A stretch of 64,000 nt of DNA from an uncultured Candidatus Saccharibacteria bacterium (GCA_964350935.1 CAYGLL010000005.1:1544-65543), one strand, 5' to 3'. Shown: positions 27,101 to 36,146, numbered from the stretch's first letter. The notes: a model not told the origin generated them from the sequence alone. Numbers and translations: made by a program.

Positions 27101-28023
27101 ACAGGCGGCGTAATCACCACTGGAATGGTAACTAAGGGGCCAAACCGTCCACCCGCGTTCCACCAATTCATCTGAACTCTAAACGATGTATTTCCGACCG
27201 GCTGACTCAAAGGTGCAGTAATATTGAAATCAAACCACGCGTCACCATTAGTAGGAATTGCACTGTCATACGGTGGCGCAGTCGGAACTGTCCCGAAGTT
27301 CGAAACAGGAGCAACCGGACCCGCGGTCGTGTAATCAGGAAAAAGTAACGGAAAAAAAGGTCCTCCATCTACCGCTTCGAGCACATACCCCCCGTCTCCC
27401 CATCCGGCCAAAAACTGCGCGTTACCGGTATTGCGCATATGAACCCGTATACGCTTCGTCTGACCCTGACCAAGCGATGTGAACGCAGCTCCTTCGACCC
27501 CACTTCCATTTAACTCTTTTACTGAAAGGTAGGTTGCATTGTTACGCAGCGTCTTAAACGGAATGGAAGAAATGGTAGTCCAGGGGATACCGACACAGGG
27601 AGAGAGTGAAGGAATGCTAGCCTGGAGAACTGCTGTATGCTGAGCGTTTGAGTATGGGTAGGGATTGCTGGTGATCGAGAGCCCTCCACTTGCAAGACTT
27701 TGCGATGAACCGAACAGCGAACCGTCAACGAGCATGCGAGCACTTCCTAAATTTACCGAAGTAGTACAACCGGTACTATAGGCATTGCCGTAATATTCTC
27801 CGTGGAAACTTGAGTCGGGATAAATGTAGGTAACTGTGTTTGGATAGAGACTGCTCAAACCACCAATGGGGAAAATCCCTGAGAGAGTGCCGCTGTTACG
27901 TGTTATCGACGTGAAAACCGTCACGTCGTGTGCCGCACGTGCGACACCTGGAAAAAAAACTGCCAGCAAAAGAAACACGGCAAAAACGAATGGTCGAACT
28001 GTTTCCCTGAGACAAAACGTCAT
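24127..28023 (-). CDS. Very large secreted/cell-surface protein (1298 aa), Thr/Ser/Gly/Asn-rich
   Basis: N-terminal signal peptide (MTFCLRETVRPFVFAVFLLLAVFFPGVARA). The whole length is biased to T/S/G/N/Y/P, typical of beta-rich adhesin or S-layer-like proteins, with many Cys pairs. No catalytic motif. Confidence 0.7.
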   Translation of the reverse strand: MTFCLRETVRPFVFAVFLLLAVFFPGVARAAHDVTVFTSITRNSGTLSGIFPIGGLSSLYPNTVTYIYPDSSFHGEYYGNAYSTGCTTSVNLGSARMLVDGSLFGSSQSLASGGLSITSNPYPYSNAQHTAVLQASIPSLSPCVGIPWTTISSIPFKTLRNNATYLSVKELNGSGVEGAAFTSLGQGQTKRIRVHMRNTGNAQFLAGWGDGGYVLEAVDGGPFFPLLFPDYTTAGPVAPVSNFGTVPTAPPYDSAIPTNGDAWFDFNITAPLSQPVGNTSFRVQMNWWNAGGRFGPLVTIPVVITPPVTSPTGLQVLHTSTYDIRLNANLPQDCGPIKLSWDDTMVGITEYRLYRDSNPTPIYRGLTPSYTDASAMVSGSNHTYRVSAYFGAPFNSETPQSTGVSTRYTECLVVNGCTISSPLVQASNPFPVSSYNAGLKSYFVGDTVTLTPNLSGGAPNDGTYNTDTLWYRLFFLPGGCNPSTCPPIYETTGRPVTISIVPGTFNGGYEGTYPGIRYNSFYIRGIVNDIQSGLPGTTVQDTGPGVVTGCTILGVVPKNSFFIERYDEYLNLIPETSSTKTWYADFTPVSLTSIPFTNSVSLNPYGQRTDKAGGNFFIGVTAQSGYVVQTDTCEYPLGGEPQGLECFASFPALLTSNTSAFTTSGGVSGFGVQSPNLPVGITRKVVFRYVPNSGEVIALFANSGTFPAGIQGRINSSPSLTQNPQPDGSVRWNISPPLTGQTLQVKDIPGYTARYDFCTYDRYFNPTGPIGCTGSGTYTAMNCGGGWCTTPAFDIRPGTARQFFVGYTVATLPITITRVGVSGTVASAPAGTRTGVDSSTSLIANNPYTTSVAALPHTLYVTDASGFTERVGACYSAGCSVTTYPFTPTCNGTVCSYATPALSVSDQPKFVFQYTPNPLNISISSSKASVSSGETFTLTWSAPGATSCTVSGGSYSWTGTSGTQNNLTIPAATTFTANCTGASGAGSQSVTVGFNGGNIRATFVTDTVASGFPESAPAGVEAKLNSGLWVTANALSGIADFNGIPSGAHTLLIHDFPNYRETWASCTYLIGGTECVNSNPGNYVAIPTCDGTQCSLSLSVTNQTVTKVTLRYVPLPRAFITAPSSAFAGGQITVVWSSAEATTCTRSGDWTSSNNALSGSDVVTIPASGVLSKTFTIECQGLDGLSSGPVTRVVPVGSAPTGSLILTANGSSGPVTVSLGSRARLDWASNSAIQDNSCTRSGGTSLWPLSSGGSRNGTFVTSSILSPVSFTITCLDQTSVSVIQTVEIKVRKDDFKEI

Positions 28024-28075
28024 GGTTCTATTATAGAGCAGTGACGCAAAAAACTATCAACAGAAGGGTGTACAA

Positions 28076-28112
28076 CAAAAAACCCGCCCATAAGAGAATA
28101 GAGCGGGTTTTT
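28076..28112. terminator. Bidirectional hairpin terminator
   Basis: AAAAAACCCGC-...-GCGGGTTTTT sits between the SIMPL-like gene stop and the large surface protein gene start. Confidence 0.5.
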
Positions 28113-28135
28113 AAAACTGTTAATCCGAAAACTGG

Positions 28136-28936
28136 TTAACGAATCTCGTAGGTTATGGTCACATTTGAGACAAAAGTGTTTTCTCCAGCAGGAACCTCGG
28201 GGGCGGCATTACCAGCGCTGTCAGCGGCCATCGTTTTGTACATCATCGGGCTTGGATAGTTGCCTGACTCCGAAAAGTTTACAATGCGGACAATTGAAAC
28301 ACCGAGATCGCGAGCCAAGCGGTCAGCGTCAGCGCGTGCATCAGCTATCGCCTTTTCACGTGCTTCTTTCTTAAGTTCGTCATCTTTGTCATTCGTGAAG
28401 TTCAAACCACTCACGTTCGTAACACCAAGCTCACCAACGCCGGCAAGAATCTTACCGGCATCAGCAGTAGTACGAATTTTAACTTCAATCATCTGAGAAA
28501 CAACATACGCGGCAAGGATCTGCTTTCCGTTACCAGGATAATAAATCGTTGCAGTGCGAGATTCATACTCGTAACGCGGATAAATGTTGTAGCCAATTGT
28601 TTTTATGTCTTTTTCAGCTATGCCGTTTTTGCGGAGAAAATCCACGGCTGCGTTGATTTTAGCGGTAGCTTTAGTTTGGGCATCTGCAACAGTTGCCGCC
28701 TCTTCCTCAACACCAAAACTCAAGGTGACAATATCAGGGATCGCCACAACCTCTCCCTTCCCTGAAACAGTGATTATATTTTGGTTCGCCTCACCTTTAC
28801 CGATGTAACCAAATTGTTTAAATCCATTTATTGCACCGACAACCAAAAAAAGTGTGAGCGCCATTAATACAAACGCAGCCCACTTTCCGATTCGACGACC
28901 TGTCGGACTTTCAAACATGTTTCCTACATTTTCCAT
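28136..28936 (-). CDS. SIMPL/DUF541-family periplasmic or secreted protein (YggE-like)
   Basis: 266 aa. N-terminal membrane anchor, then ITVSGKGEVVAIPDIVTLSFGVEEEAATVADAQTKATAKINAAVDFLRKNGI...KDIKT, and a C-terminal ARADADRLARDLGVSIVRIVNFSE. This is the characteristic SIMPL layout. Confidence 0.6.
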   Translation of the reverse strand: MENVGNMFESPTGRRIGKWAAFVLMALTLFLVVGAINGFKQFGYIGKGEANQNIITVSGKGEVVAIPDIVTLSFGVEEEAATVADAQTKATAKINAAVDFLRKNGIAEKDIKTIGYNIYPRYEYESRTATIYYPGNGKQILAAYVVSQMIEVKIRTTADAGKILAGVGELGVTNVSGLNFTNDKDDELKKEAREKAIADARADADRLARDLGVSIVRIVNFSESGNYPSPMMYKTMAADSAGNAAPEVPAGENTFVSNVTITYEIR

Positions 28937-29008
28937 ATAAATAACTTTAACGATTAAAAAATTTTCTACAGTATACCAGACGGATGAATCTTCAAAAAAT
29001 TACACGCA

Positions 29009-30148
29009 TTAGCGACGTGGGCATGACAACCCAAGGAGCTCCTTTTCAATAAGAGAGAGGCCCTCGTGAACACCACTGAAGGAATCACTGAAAAAGAATT
29101 TCGTCCGAATTCCCTCGAGGTCGATCTCAATCTCTGCAAGCATGTCGAGCTTTTTATTTACGTATTCATCGCCTAGTTTCCCCTGAACTGACCCGAGGTA
29201 CGTTCGCAGATCCTCAATGCGACGTTCGTAGTACTCCTTACCTCCGAGCGAGTTCTTAAAACAACTGAGTGAAACGCTGACCTGTTGCGGTGTCGTGCTC
29301 GCAGGCGACGTTTTAGTTGCAGCATCAAAAAGAGTGTTCCCTGGAGCCTGCATCATCATCGGCTGAGGAACCGCCGTCGGGTCGGGCGCACCCGGAGTAC
29401 TCTCAGAATTTTTTCCTGGGGAAGCATCCTCACTTTTTCCGGACTTGGAAGGCTCCCGTGTACGTGAAGGCTCAACGTAGATTTTAAGTGCTGGTGCACT
29501 TTTTTTAGAGTCGGCATTAGGGTTGCTTGGTGCAGCCATAAACGTCTGAGGCTCGAACTTCGTTGCGCGCGGCTTGTCGCGGCGCTCTTTTATATTTTTG
29601 AGACGCTCCTTAACCTTTTCGATGCGACTCGTTTCTTTATTTTTAGCTTTATTTTGAGTCTCGGCTGATTCAATCTTTTTTTCAGCACGATCAACATGCA
29701 CCTGGAGCTGTTTCTCAAGAGTAGTGACTGTCTCGGGAGGCGTTTCGGATTTTGCGGTAACTTGTTCAAGCTCGGTTAGGCGACGATCAGCAAGATCTGT
29801 TTCAAATTCAGCAACAGACTCGGCGGAGGTTTCAAGAAGACCTCGCACCTCTTCATTAAAACCAGTTTTAACCGGATACAAAATATCGCCGGGCAATGAA
29901 TTCTCGGCAACCTGTGATATTCCACCGCCCAGGAAAAAGAGAACGATGAGAGCAACGGGTGCAAGGCGGAAAACCGGAAGATGGATAAAGTTTACTGAAA
30001 AGAATCCGCGCGGTCGCACAGGGTTTTCATGCACAAACGAAACCAGGCGCGCCTTAAGAGCGTTACGCTCGTCACTACGGAGCGCTGCTTCGTCGAATTC
30101 CTTTTTAAGTTGGTTAAGATTGTGGTCCATGTTAGTGCTCATGAGCAT
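29009..30148 (-). CDS. Membrane-anchored anti-sigma-factor-like protein (tentative)
   Basis: 379 aa. Cytoplasmic N-terminus, one TM (LAPVALIVLFFLGGGI), and a long coiled-coil/low-complexity extracytoplasmic part. Its start overlaps the ECF sigma gene stop by 17 nt, the classic sigma/anti-sigma arrangement. Confidence 0.45.
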   Translation of the reverse strand: MLMSTNMDHNLNQLKKEFDEAALRSDERNALKARLVSFVHENPVRPRGFFSVNFIHLPVFRLAPVALIVLFFLGGGISQVAENSLPGDILYPVKTGFNEEVRGLLETSAESVAEFETDLADRRLTELEQVTAKSETPPETVTTLEKQLQVHVDRAEKKIESAETQNKAKNKETSRIEKVKERLKNIKERRDKPRATKFEPQTFMAAPSNPNADSKKSAPALKIYVEPSRTREPSKSGKSEDASPGKNSESTPGAPDPTAVPQPMMMQAPGNTLFDAATKTSPASTTPQQVSVSLSCFKNSLGGKEYYERRIEDLRTYLGSVQGKLGDEYVNKKLDMLAEIEIDLEGIRTKFFFSDSFSGVHEGLSLIEKELLGLSCPRR

Positions 30149-30668
30149 GAAGTATTTCCTTCAACTTCTGCGTGCCGCGTGTGAGTCGTACTGATACATT
30201 ATTCTCGCTCTCCCCTACCAGATCTGCAATCTCGTTAATCGCATGACCGGAAATGAAACGCAATTCCATGATTTTTCGGTAAGGTTCGGGGAGGTGTTTG
30301 ATCCCTTCGACGGCAATACGGGCTTCAGCGGAGAGAACCATACGAGTGTGACTTTCTGCTTCGGCGGGGTCAAAACCTTCTTCGACGAGCGAGTCCAGTG
30401 ATTCTGATTTTCGTTTTCGATATTCATCGATGATGAGGTTATTGGCAATCTTATAAATAAACGACTTTAAGTGCGTTACTTTTTTACCCTCGGAAAGATA
30501 CTGCCAGGCTCGCGTAAAGGTATCTTGCACCAGGTCAAGAGCTTTTTCGCGGTTTGAGATTTTGTAGAGGCAATGACGAAATAGAGGGTCAGCAAGCTGA
30601 TCATAGACAGCAAGGAATTCATTATTAATATCGTGTGTTCCTTTCATAGAGTATGACGGGATACCCAT
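30132..30668 (-). CDS. ECF-type RNA polymerase sigma-70 family factor
   Basis: 178 aa. Region 2 (LVQDTFTRAWQYL...FIYKIANNLIIDEYRKRK) and region 4 HTH (YRKIMELRFISGHAINEIADLVGESENNVSVRLTRGTQKLKEIL). Confidence 0.8.
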   Translation of the reverse strand: MGIPSYSMKGTHDINNEFLAVYDQLADPLFRHCLYKISNREKALDLVQDTFTRAWQYLSEGKKVTHLKSFIYKIANNLIIDEYRKRKSESLDSLVEEGFDPAEAESHTRMVLSAEARIAVEGIKHLPEPYRKIMELRFISGHAINEIADLVGESENNVSVRLTRGTQKLKEILHAHEH

Positions 30669-31534
30669 TATCTCCTTACAACGGCTTCCAGAGCTTCGAC
30701 CACATTTTCAAAAAGGGATGCAACGGTCATGGGACCGACACCTCCGGGAACGGGAGAAATAGCCGAAACAAGGCCCGAAACAGCCTCAAAATCAACATCT
30801 CCGGTGAGTTTTTGAGTGCCGATTTCATCCTCAAGTTTTTTAGCCGAGACATTAATACCAACATCGATGACAACCTGGCGCGGACTCACATAATCTGCCG
30901 TAATAAGGTTTGGTACGCCTGCAGCAACAACAATGATGTCGGCGGTATGAGTGACTTCAGCCACATCCTTCGTTTTGCTGTGGCAAATAGTAACCGTTGC
31001 GTCATGGTTTAACAAAAGAAGCGCGGTGGGTTTTCCCACCAAGACCGAACGTCCGATGACAACAATTTTTTTACCCGCGACAGAAATATCGTAGTATGAG
31101 AGAAGCGAAAGAACACCGCGAGCAGTTGCCGGAACAAAACCCCTGCGGTTGTCCCAGAGCGCTTTGGTGTTTGTTGACGTTAATCCATCAACATCTTTTG
31201 TCGGAGTAATGGCTTCAATAATATTCCATCGATTGAGATGCTTCGGGATTGGCATTTGAACAATAATGCCGTGCACGGAAATGTCCGCATTCAATTTTTT
31301 AATTTCTGCGAGCACATCAATTTCACCGACATCCTCATCAAGGACTATGTGATTGACTGAGGCTCCGATTTTTTCAGCAAATTTCTTTTTTTGGGTAATG
31401 TAAGCAGTTGATTCCGGAAGCGAGCCAATCTGTATCACCGCGAGCGTCGGAACGAGAGAGCTGCGCCCAACCTTTTCTTTGAGTTTCTGCGCAATCATAT
31501 CGCGAACTATCGTGCCCTTAAGAATTCTTGCCAT
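30668..31534 (-). CDS. folD: Bifunctional methylene-THF dehydrogenase / methenyl-THF cyclohydrolase
   Basis: 288 aa. ILKGTIVRDMIAQKL..., the NAD(P)-binding VVIGRSVLVGKPTALLLLNHDATVTICHSKT, and GGVGPMTVA are all FolD hallmarks. Confidence 0.9.
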   Translation of the reverse strand: MARILKGTIVRDMIAQKLKEKVGRSSLVPTLAVIQIGSLPESTAYITQKKKFAEKIGASVNHIVLDEDVGEIDVLAEIKKLNADISVHGIIVQMPIPKHLNRWNIIEAITPTKDVDGLTSTNTKALWDNRRGFVPATARGVLSLLSYYDISVAGKKIVVIGRSVLVGKPTALLLLNHDATVTICHSKTKDVAEVTHTADIIVVAAGVPNLITADYVSPRQVVIDVGINVSAKKLEDEIGTQKLTGDVDFEAVSGLVSAISPVPGGVGPMTVASLFENVVEALEAVVRR

Positions 31535-31658
31535 AATTTAAAACCTGTGACGTAGACCGCCTAACCATACCGGATTTTAGGGCTTTTTGAAAGTGTTCCT
31601 TTACAATATCCCCCATCTCTTCTAACGTACATCATCGGACCTAAACCAAAGGATCTTC

Positions 31659-31883
31659 ATGTTCACTCGTCTTCCGAATGATATGTGGGTGCTCGTTGTT
31701 ATACTTCTTTTTGTTGGCCTTGTGGCAGCCTCAGTGCGACACGATCGTTTTCAGCGTTCCATGGGAATCGCTGCGCTCGGCATTGCTCTCATCTTAGGAT
31801 CGTGCCTCCTCTTCAGTCCCAAAGCGAAAACTGCATCGGCCGAAATCTCTCCGCAAAAAGGAATCGCCACCGTTTCGAAGTGA
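31659..31883 (+). CDS. Small membrane protein (74 aa) candidate
   Basis: Two hydrophobic helices (WVLVVILLFVGLVAASV; IAALGIALILGSCLLF). A clean terminator sits directly downstream. Confidence 0.4.
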   Translation: MFTRLPNDMWVLVVILLFVGLVAASVRHDRFQRSMGIAALGIALILGSCLLFSPKAKTASAEISPQKGIATVSK

Positions 31884-31890
31884 CTTTCTT

Positions 31891-31925
31891 CCCCGCTCCG
31901 GCTATACCGGAGCGGGGATTTTTCA
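31891..31925 (+). terminator. Rho-independent terminator
   Basis: CCCCGCTCCGG-CTATA-CCGGAGCGGGG followed by ATTTTTC. Confidence 0.6.
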
Positions 31926-32000
31926 ACAAGATTTTTGTAGTTAAAAATATTTCCTTTAATCTCCAGAGCGAGAATCTCGATTTTAAAAACATTGTGAAGC

Positions 32001-32106
32001 TCGCGACCTAAATCTCTTGAGCGACTTAAATTCCTTCGAGCGAAGCGAGGTAGGGATTAGGAGTGCCTGTGGTGCGAAGCGATTAGAGATTGGAAGTACT
32101 CTTGTG
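32001..32106. repeat. Intergenic repeat family 1, copy 2 (~105 bp, ~92% identical to 6075-6180)
   Basis: The shared core runs CGCGACCTAAATCTCTTGAGCGACTTA and continues with one indel and ~4 mismatches over ~105 nt as (C/A)GG(C/T)AGGGATTAGGAGTGCCTGTGG(C/T)GCGAAGCGATTAGAGATTGGAAG(C/T)ACTCTTGT. Both copies are intergenic. Confidence 0.7.
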
Positions 32107-32225
32107 GTAACTGGTGCGAGCATAGTAATTTTCAGCGACCGAGCGTTGAGCGAGGAAGTACTGAGCTCAGCAGAGCGAATGTGCAGGATTTTATCCATGT
32201 TTTTAAAAAAGAGTTTGAGCGCCCC

Positions 32226-33464
32226 CTACTCGTAGCGAAGCGCTTCAATCGGGCTTTTCTTTGAAGCTTTGCGTGCTGGGTAAATTCCAAAGACAAGACC
32301 GACTCCGGTTGAGACCACGAGACCGATAACAATTGCATCCCAGGGAAAAACAAATGCCCACGAGAGACCTGCGAAATTACTAATAGCGAGAGCCGCCGCG
32401 TAGGAAACCAGAAGTCCGAGGGTAATACCGATCACGCCGCCGATACCCGTGAGTAAAACTGCTTCGATCAAAAACTGAGTCAGAATATTTTTCGTTGTAG
32501 CGCCAAGTGCCTTGCGTAAACCAATCTCACGCGTACGCTCAGTCACCGAGACGAGCATGATATTCATAATGCCGATGCCTGCGACAACAAGTGAGATAGC
32601 GGCAACTGCAACGAGAAAGAGCGTAAGCGCGGTCGTAATTGCACCCAGACGAAGTGCGAGGTCAGCCTGTGTCTGAACAAAGAAATCATCCTTGTCCGGA
32701 TCGGTAATATCATGACTGTCCCGCAGTACGGTTTTTATCTGCTCTACCGTATCGTTGATTGCTTCCTCCGACACCGCTTTTATAAAAAATCGATGGAAGT
32801 ATTTGATACCAAAAACATATTGCTGGGCAGACGTATATGGAACAATCGCCATTTCGTCGAAATTAAAAAATGCACTGGTGCCACCAGTCGGCAAAACGCC
32901 GATTACACGAAAACTGCGATTCTTTATCCGGATCTTCTTGCCCAAGGCGCTCTCATCGCCGAATAATTCTTCCTTAACCTTTCCGCCAATAACAGCAACA
33001 TCAGCTTTACCCAACACATCGTCCTCGGTAAAGAAAACACCTTCAGCGGGACGCAAATCGAAAACGTCAGCCATGAGTTCAGATCCGCCAAAAATAGTGA
33101 GGCGATATGTTTCGCTCCCATAACTTCCTGTTTCCCCACCAAAAACGATCGGCATCACGCTTTCAGCATCCGGCACATTAGATTTTTTGGTAAGAAGCTC
33201 AAGATCATGTTCTTTGAGTGAGTCGCTGAAAATTTGTGCTGAATCCGACGGACCCTTAGGCTCACGTCCAGGAATAACCGCAATGGTTTTGGTGCCAATC
33301 CCCTGAATTTGTCCGAGAATAAAATTCTGCGCGCCCTTACCGGTCGACATGACAATAATGATCGAGGTGATGCCGATGATAATGCCAAGGATCGTTAAAA
33401 AAGAACGGAACTTGTGAGTAGTGATTCCGGTGAATGCTGTTTTGAATGAGTATTGAATACGCAT
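32226..33464 (-). CDS. ABC transporter permease, MacB/FtsX family
   Basis: 412 aa. N-terminal TM (FRSFLTILGIIIGITSIIIVMS), a large extracytoplasmic domain, and a C-terminal FtsX 3-TM bundle (LVSVTERTREIGLRKALGA..., ARKASKKSPIEALRYE). Confidence 0.85.
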   Translation of the reverse strand: MRIQYSFKTAFTGITTHKFRSFLTILGIIIGITSIIIVMSTGKGAQNFILGQIQGIGTKTIAVIPGREPKGPSDSAQIFSDSLKEHDLELLTKKSNVPDAESVMPIVFGGETGSYGSETYRLTIFGGSELMADVFDLRPAEGVFFTEDDVLGKADVAVIGGKVKEELFGDESALGKKIRIKNRSFRVIGVLPTGGTSAFFNFDEMAIVPYTSAQQYVFGIKYFHRFFIKAVSEEAINDTVEQIKTVLRDSHDITDPDKDDFFVQTQADLALRLGAITTALTLFLVAVAAISLVVAGIGIMNIMLVSVTERTREIGLRKALGATTKNILTQFLIEAVLLTGIGGVIGITLGLLVSYAAALAISNFAGLSWAFVFPWDAIVIGLVVSTGVGLVFGIYPARKASKKSPIEALRYE

Positions 33465-33476
33465 AGATGTTCCAGA

Positions 33477-34196
33477 TTACTTGATCAATGCATCGCCACT
33501 TTTAAACCGCTTCACAACAGGTCTGTCGCTCTCAATCTTGCCGTCGCGAAAGGTGATAATGCGTTCAGCGTGCTCAGCGGTGTAGGTCTCGTGCGTAATG
33601 AGGATAATCGTGTGTCCGTGCTCCTCACTTAATTTTTGGAGAATTGCCATAACTGCTCCCCCTGAGACCGAATCAAGATTTCCCGTTGGTTCATCGGCAA
33701 AAATAACTTCTGGATCCATGACGAGGGCTCGTGCAATTGCCACACGCTGTTTTTCACCACCGGAAAGTTGTGAGGATTGATGATGGGTACGATGTTCGAG
33801 TTTCACCGAGGCAATAGCTTTTTCAATCAACGCGTTCCACTCGCGCTCCGGAATAGTTGAGTACAAAAGTGGTAGACGTACATTTTCGTACACGGTGGTT
33901 TTTGCGAGAAGATTGAATGCCTGGAAAATAAAACCAAATTTCTCATTTCTGACTTTGGCAATCTCATCATCTGAATATGAGTCAAAACCTCGGCCGTCTA
34001 AGAGATACTCTCCGCCACTCTGTTTATCCAAAAATCCCAGCACATGGAGCAGTGTCGATTTGCCAGAGCCGCTCGGCCCCATGATTGCTACGAACTCGCC
34101 TTTCTTAATCTCGAAAGAAACCCCACGAAGCGCAGGTGTTTCAACACCCTCGTTCACATAGACTTTCTCTAAGTTCTTAACCTCAATAAGAGACAT
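33477..34196 (-). CDS. ABC transporter ATP-binding protein (MacB/LolD type)
   Basis: Walker [11 protein letters not shown]-loop, signature [15 protein letters not shown], Walker [12 protein letters not shown], and the H-loop. Confidence 0.9.
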   Translation of the reverse strand: MSLIEVKNLEKVYVNEGVETPALRGVSFEIKKGEFVAIMGPSGSGKSTLLHVLGFLDKQSGGEYLLDGRGFDSYSDDEIAKVRNEKFGFIFQAFNLLAKTTVYENVRLPLLYSTIPEREWNALIEKAIASVKLEHRTHHQSSQLSGGEKQRVAIARALVMDPEVIFADEPTGNLDSVSGGAVMAILQKLSEEHGHTIILITHETYTAEHAERIITFRDGKIESDRPVVKRFKSGDALIK

Positions 34197-34245
34197 GTAT
34201 GCGAGAAGTATAGCTTAACAAGGCCATTTGTGCACATCGTATTAT

Positions 34246-34274
34246 TTGACATAATACTATATATATGATACAAT
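34246..34274 (+). promoter_or_regulatory. Sigma70-type promoter (TTGACA-17-TACAAT) upstream of 34327
   Basis: TTGACA at 34246-34251 and TACAAT at 34269-34274, ~50 nt before the ATG. Confidence 0.45.
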
Positions 34275-34326
34275 ATTATCTAGGTTCTTCACATAAATCC
34301 TCAACCCAAGAAAGACTCCTCCCTGA

Positions 34327-35028
34327 ATGAAATTCGTATTCGTCCGTCATGGACATGCAGTATCCGCCGTTTCAGGTGCCCACCACGACCGTACACGCGA
34401 ACTGAGCAGCAAAGGCACTGCCCAAGTTCGCTCTATCGGAGAGCAATTCGGTACCCGCTTCAGCGGATCTCTCAAGCCAGCGGCCGTGTTCACTTCCCCA
34501 CTTCCTCGGACCATCAAAACCGCAGAGGTGCTCGTCGGGGGCGTAGAGAGGCTGGAGCATGTCCCCATGTTCTGTCTCCCCTCTCTCTTCTACCATCCTG
34601 ACCTTGCCAAGCACGACAAAGCCAATGCGCTTTTCGAGCGGCTCCGTTATCGGCCACTTCGAGAATATGTGGCTGAACCCGACGGCCCCCTCATGCTCGA
34701 GATTGGACACAATGCTGCCACGCAGATCCGTTCGCTGTGGGACAGTCTCGAAAAATCCGGCGATGTACTGATCGTTGGTCACGCAGTGGCACTGCCCGCA
34801 GTCATCCGCAGCTTCATGCCGACAACGGAGCTTATGGAGGAAGCCCTCGACCTTAATTTGGGAGAGGCCGACTGTGTGGTCTGGCACACTAACCCGGGAA
34901 TCCTAGAGCCAATCTCACCTAAACTCAAACAAGGAGAAGGTGAGCCGGTTCGCCACGCTGATGAGCACGTGCTGTCCAGAAGCCCTGACGGGGTCGTTCT
35001 CAAACCTGGTGCTCCAGGTCACGGTTGA
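34327..35028 (+). CDS. Histidine phosphatase superfamily protein (SixA/PGM-like)
   Basis: MKFVFVRHGHAV contains the RHG motif. A second His region lies in VLIVGHAVALPAVI. 233 aa. A terminator follows at 35053-35082. Confidence 0.6.
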   Translation: MKFVFVRHGHAVSAVSGAHHDRTRELSSKGTAQVRSIGEQFGTRFSGSLKPAAVFTSPLPRTIKTAEVLVGGVERLEHVPMFCLPSLFYHPDLAKHDKANALFERLRYRPLREYVAEPDGPLMLEIGHNAATQIRSLWDSLEKSGDVLIVGHAVALPAVIRSFMPTTELMEEALDLNLGEADCVVWHTNPGILEPISPKLKQGEGEPVRHADEHVLSRSPDGVVLKPGAPGHG

Positions 35029-35052
35029 TCAGTTCTTCGTCGGTTTCACAAC

Positions 35053-35082
35053 CACGTTCGCGAGTGCGGACGTGGTTTTTTT
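35053..35082 (+). terminator. Rho-independent terminator
   Basis: CCACGT-TCGCGAGTGCGG-ACGTGG followed by TTTTTTT. Confidence 0.55.
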
Positions 35083-36144
35083 CTATTTAATTATTCTCAC
35101 CACCCCTTTATCTGCATCAACTTCCACTGAGTCGCCTGTTTTTAAAAATCTCGTCGCATATTTTGTTCCCATGATGCAGGGTTTTTTGAGTTCGCGGGAA
35201 ACAATCGCGGCGTGACACGTAAGCCCCCCTTCATCAGTTACAATTGCAGAACATTTTTTAATTAAATGCATGAGATGTGGATTCGAATTAATTGAAACAA
35301 GAATATCCCCCTCATTAAATTCAACTCCCGCACCGTCAATACTTAAAACTACGCGCGCAACCCCCTTTGCTTTTCCCTTGTACGCAATCTGGCCTTTAAG
35401 TTCTTGCGGCATTTCAACACTCACCTGCTCCAACTTTGAAACAATCGGCGATGTATCAGAAATCCAGTTAAGCGAAGACTTCTTATTTACAACCTGAAAA
35501 ATGAACTTTTTGTTATTTTTTCTTTCTTCCAACCGTGGGGCAATACCGCTTATATCTTTTCTGAGCAACTCATCAATGGTCATAAGCTGGATAGCCTTTT
35601 CCGGATCTGCAATTCCCTGTGATTTTAAAAAGGTGGCCCCCAAAGGAACAAGAATCTGCTGCATAATCGCCGGATAGAATGAGGTCGCACGCAAATGCTC
35701 ACAGGTGGCGAGCAATTCTTTGTCATCTTTCTGTGCAGCTGTTAAACCTAAGTGTATGAAGTGCGGCAACATCGTCGAATGAAACGCGACCTTAAAAAGA
35801 AAACTGACCGCATCGGGAATATTCTCAAACGCAGATACACCTAAAGCAACTTTGTCTTCAGCGATCGTATTGAGTCGATACGCTTCGGCTAAAAGTTCTC
35901 TGCATTTAAGAGGATTTTCAACTGCCAATTTCTTTACCGAATCCTTCAAATACTGAAGTTGCTCTTCAACTCGATAATGTCGTAATACTCCCTCGTGCTC
36001 TTCTACGAAAAGCACGTCAGAAACATCCATACCGATTAGTTCGCGAACGTAGTCAGCGTACCAGCAATACCACAGAGAACATCCGAACAAATTGAATGGA
36101 CGTGTCAGATAGTGAACCCATTTTTTTGAAGTATCATATAGCAT
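35083..36144 (-). CDS. PEP-utilising-enzyme mobile (phosphohistidine swivel) domain protein lacking an ATP-binding domain (paralog 1 of 4)
   Basis: 353 aa. C-terminal ILVSINSNPHLMHLIKKCSAIVTDEGGLTCHAAIVSRELKKPCIMGTKYATRFLKTGDSVEVDADKGVVRIIK matches the PEP-utilisers mobile domain (GGxT(S/C)HAAI(V/I)(A/S)RE..P.VVG) with the catalytic His conserved. The N-terminal ~260 aa are an unrecognised helical domain. Confidence 0.7.
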   Translation of the reverse strand: MLYDTSKKWVHYLTRPFNLFGCSLWYCWYADYVRELIGMDVSDVLFVEEHEGVLRHYRVEEQLQYLKDSVKKLAVENPLKCRELLAEAYRLNTIAEDKVALGVSAFENIPDAVSFLFKVAFHSTMLPHFIHLGLTAAQKDDKELLATCEHLRATSFYPAIMQQILVPLGATFLKSQGIADPEKAIQLMTIDELLRKDISGIAPRLEERKNNKKFIFQVVNKKSSLNWISDTSPIVSKLEQVSVEMPQELKGQIAYKGKAKGVARVVLSIDGAGVEFNEGDILVSINSNPHLMHLIKKCSAIVTDEGGLTCHAAIVSRELKKPCIMGTKYATRFLKTGDSVEVDADKGVVRIIK

Positions 36145-36146
36145 AT

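Noticed and set aside
6075-32106. CRISPR array possibility for the repeated 105-bp element
   Set aside because: There are only two copies 26 kb apart, no short regularly spaced direct repeats, and no cas genes. This is not CRISPR.
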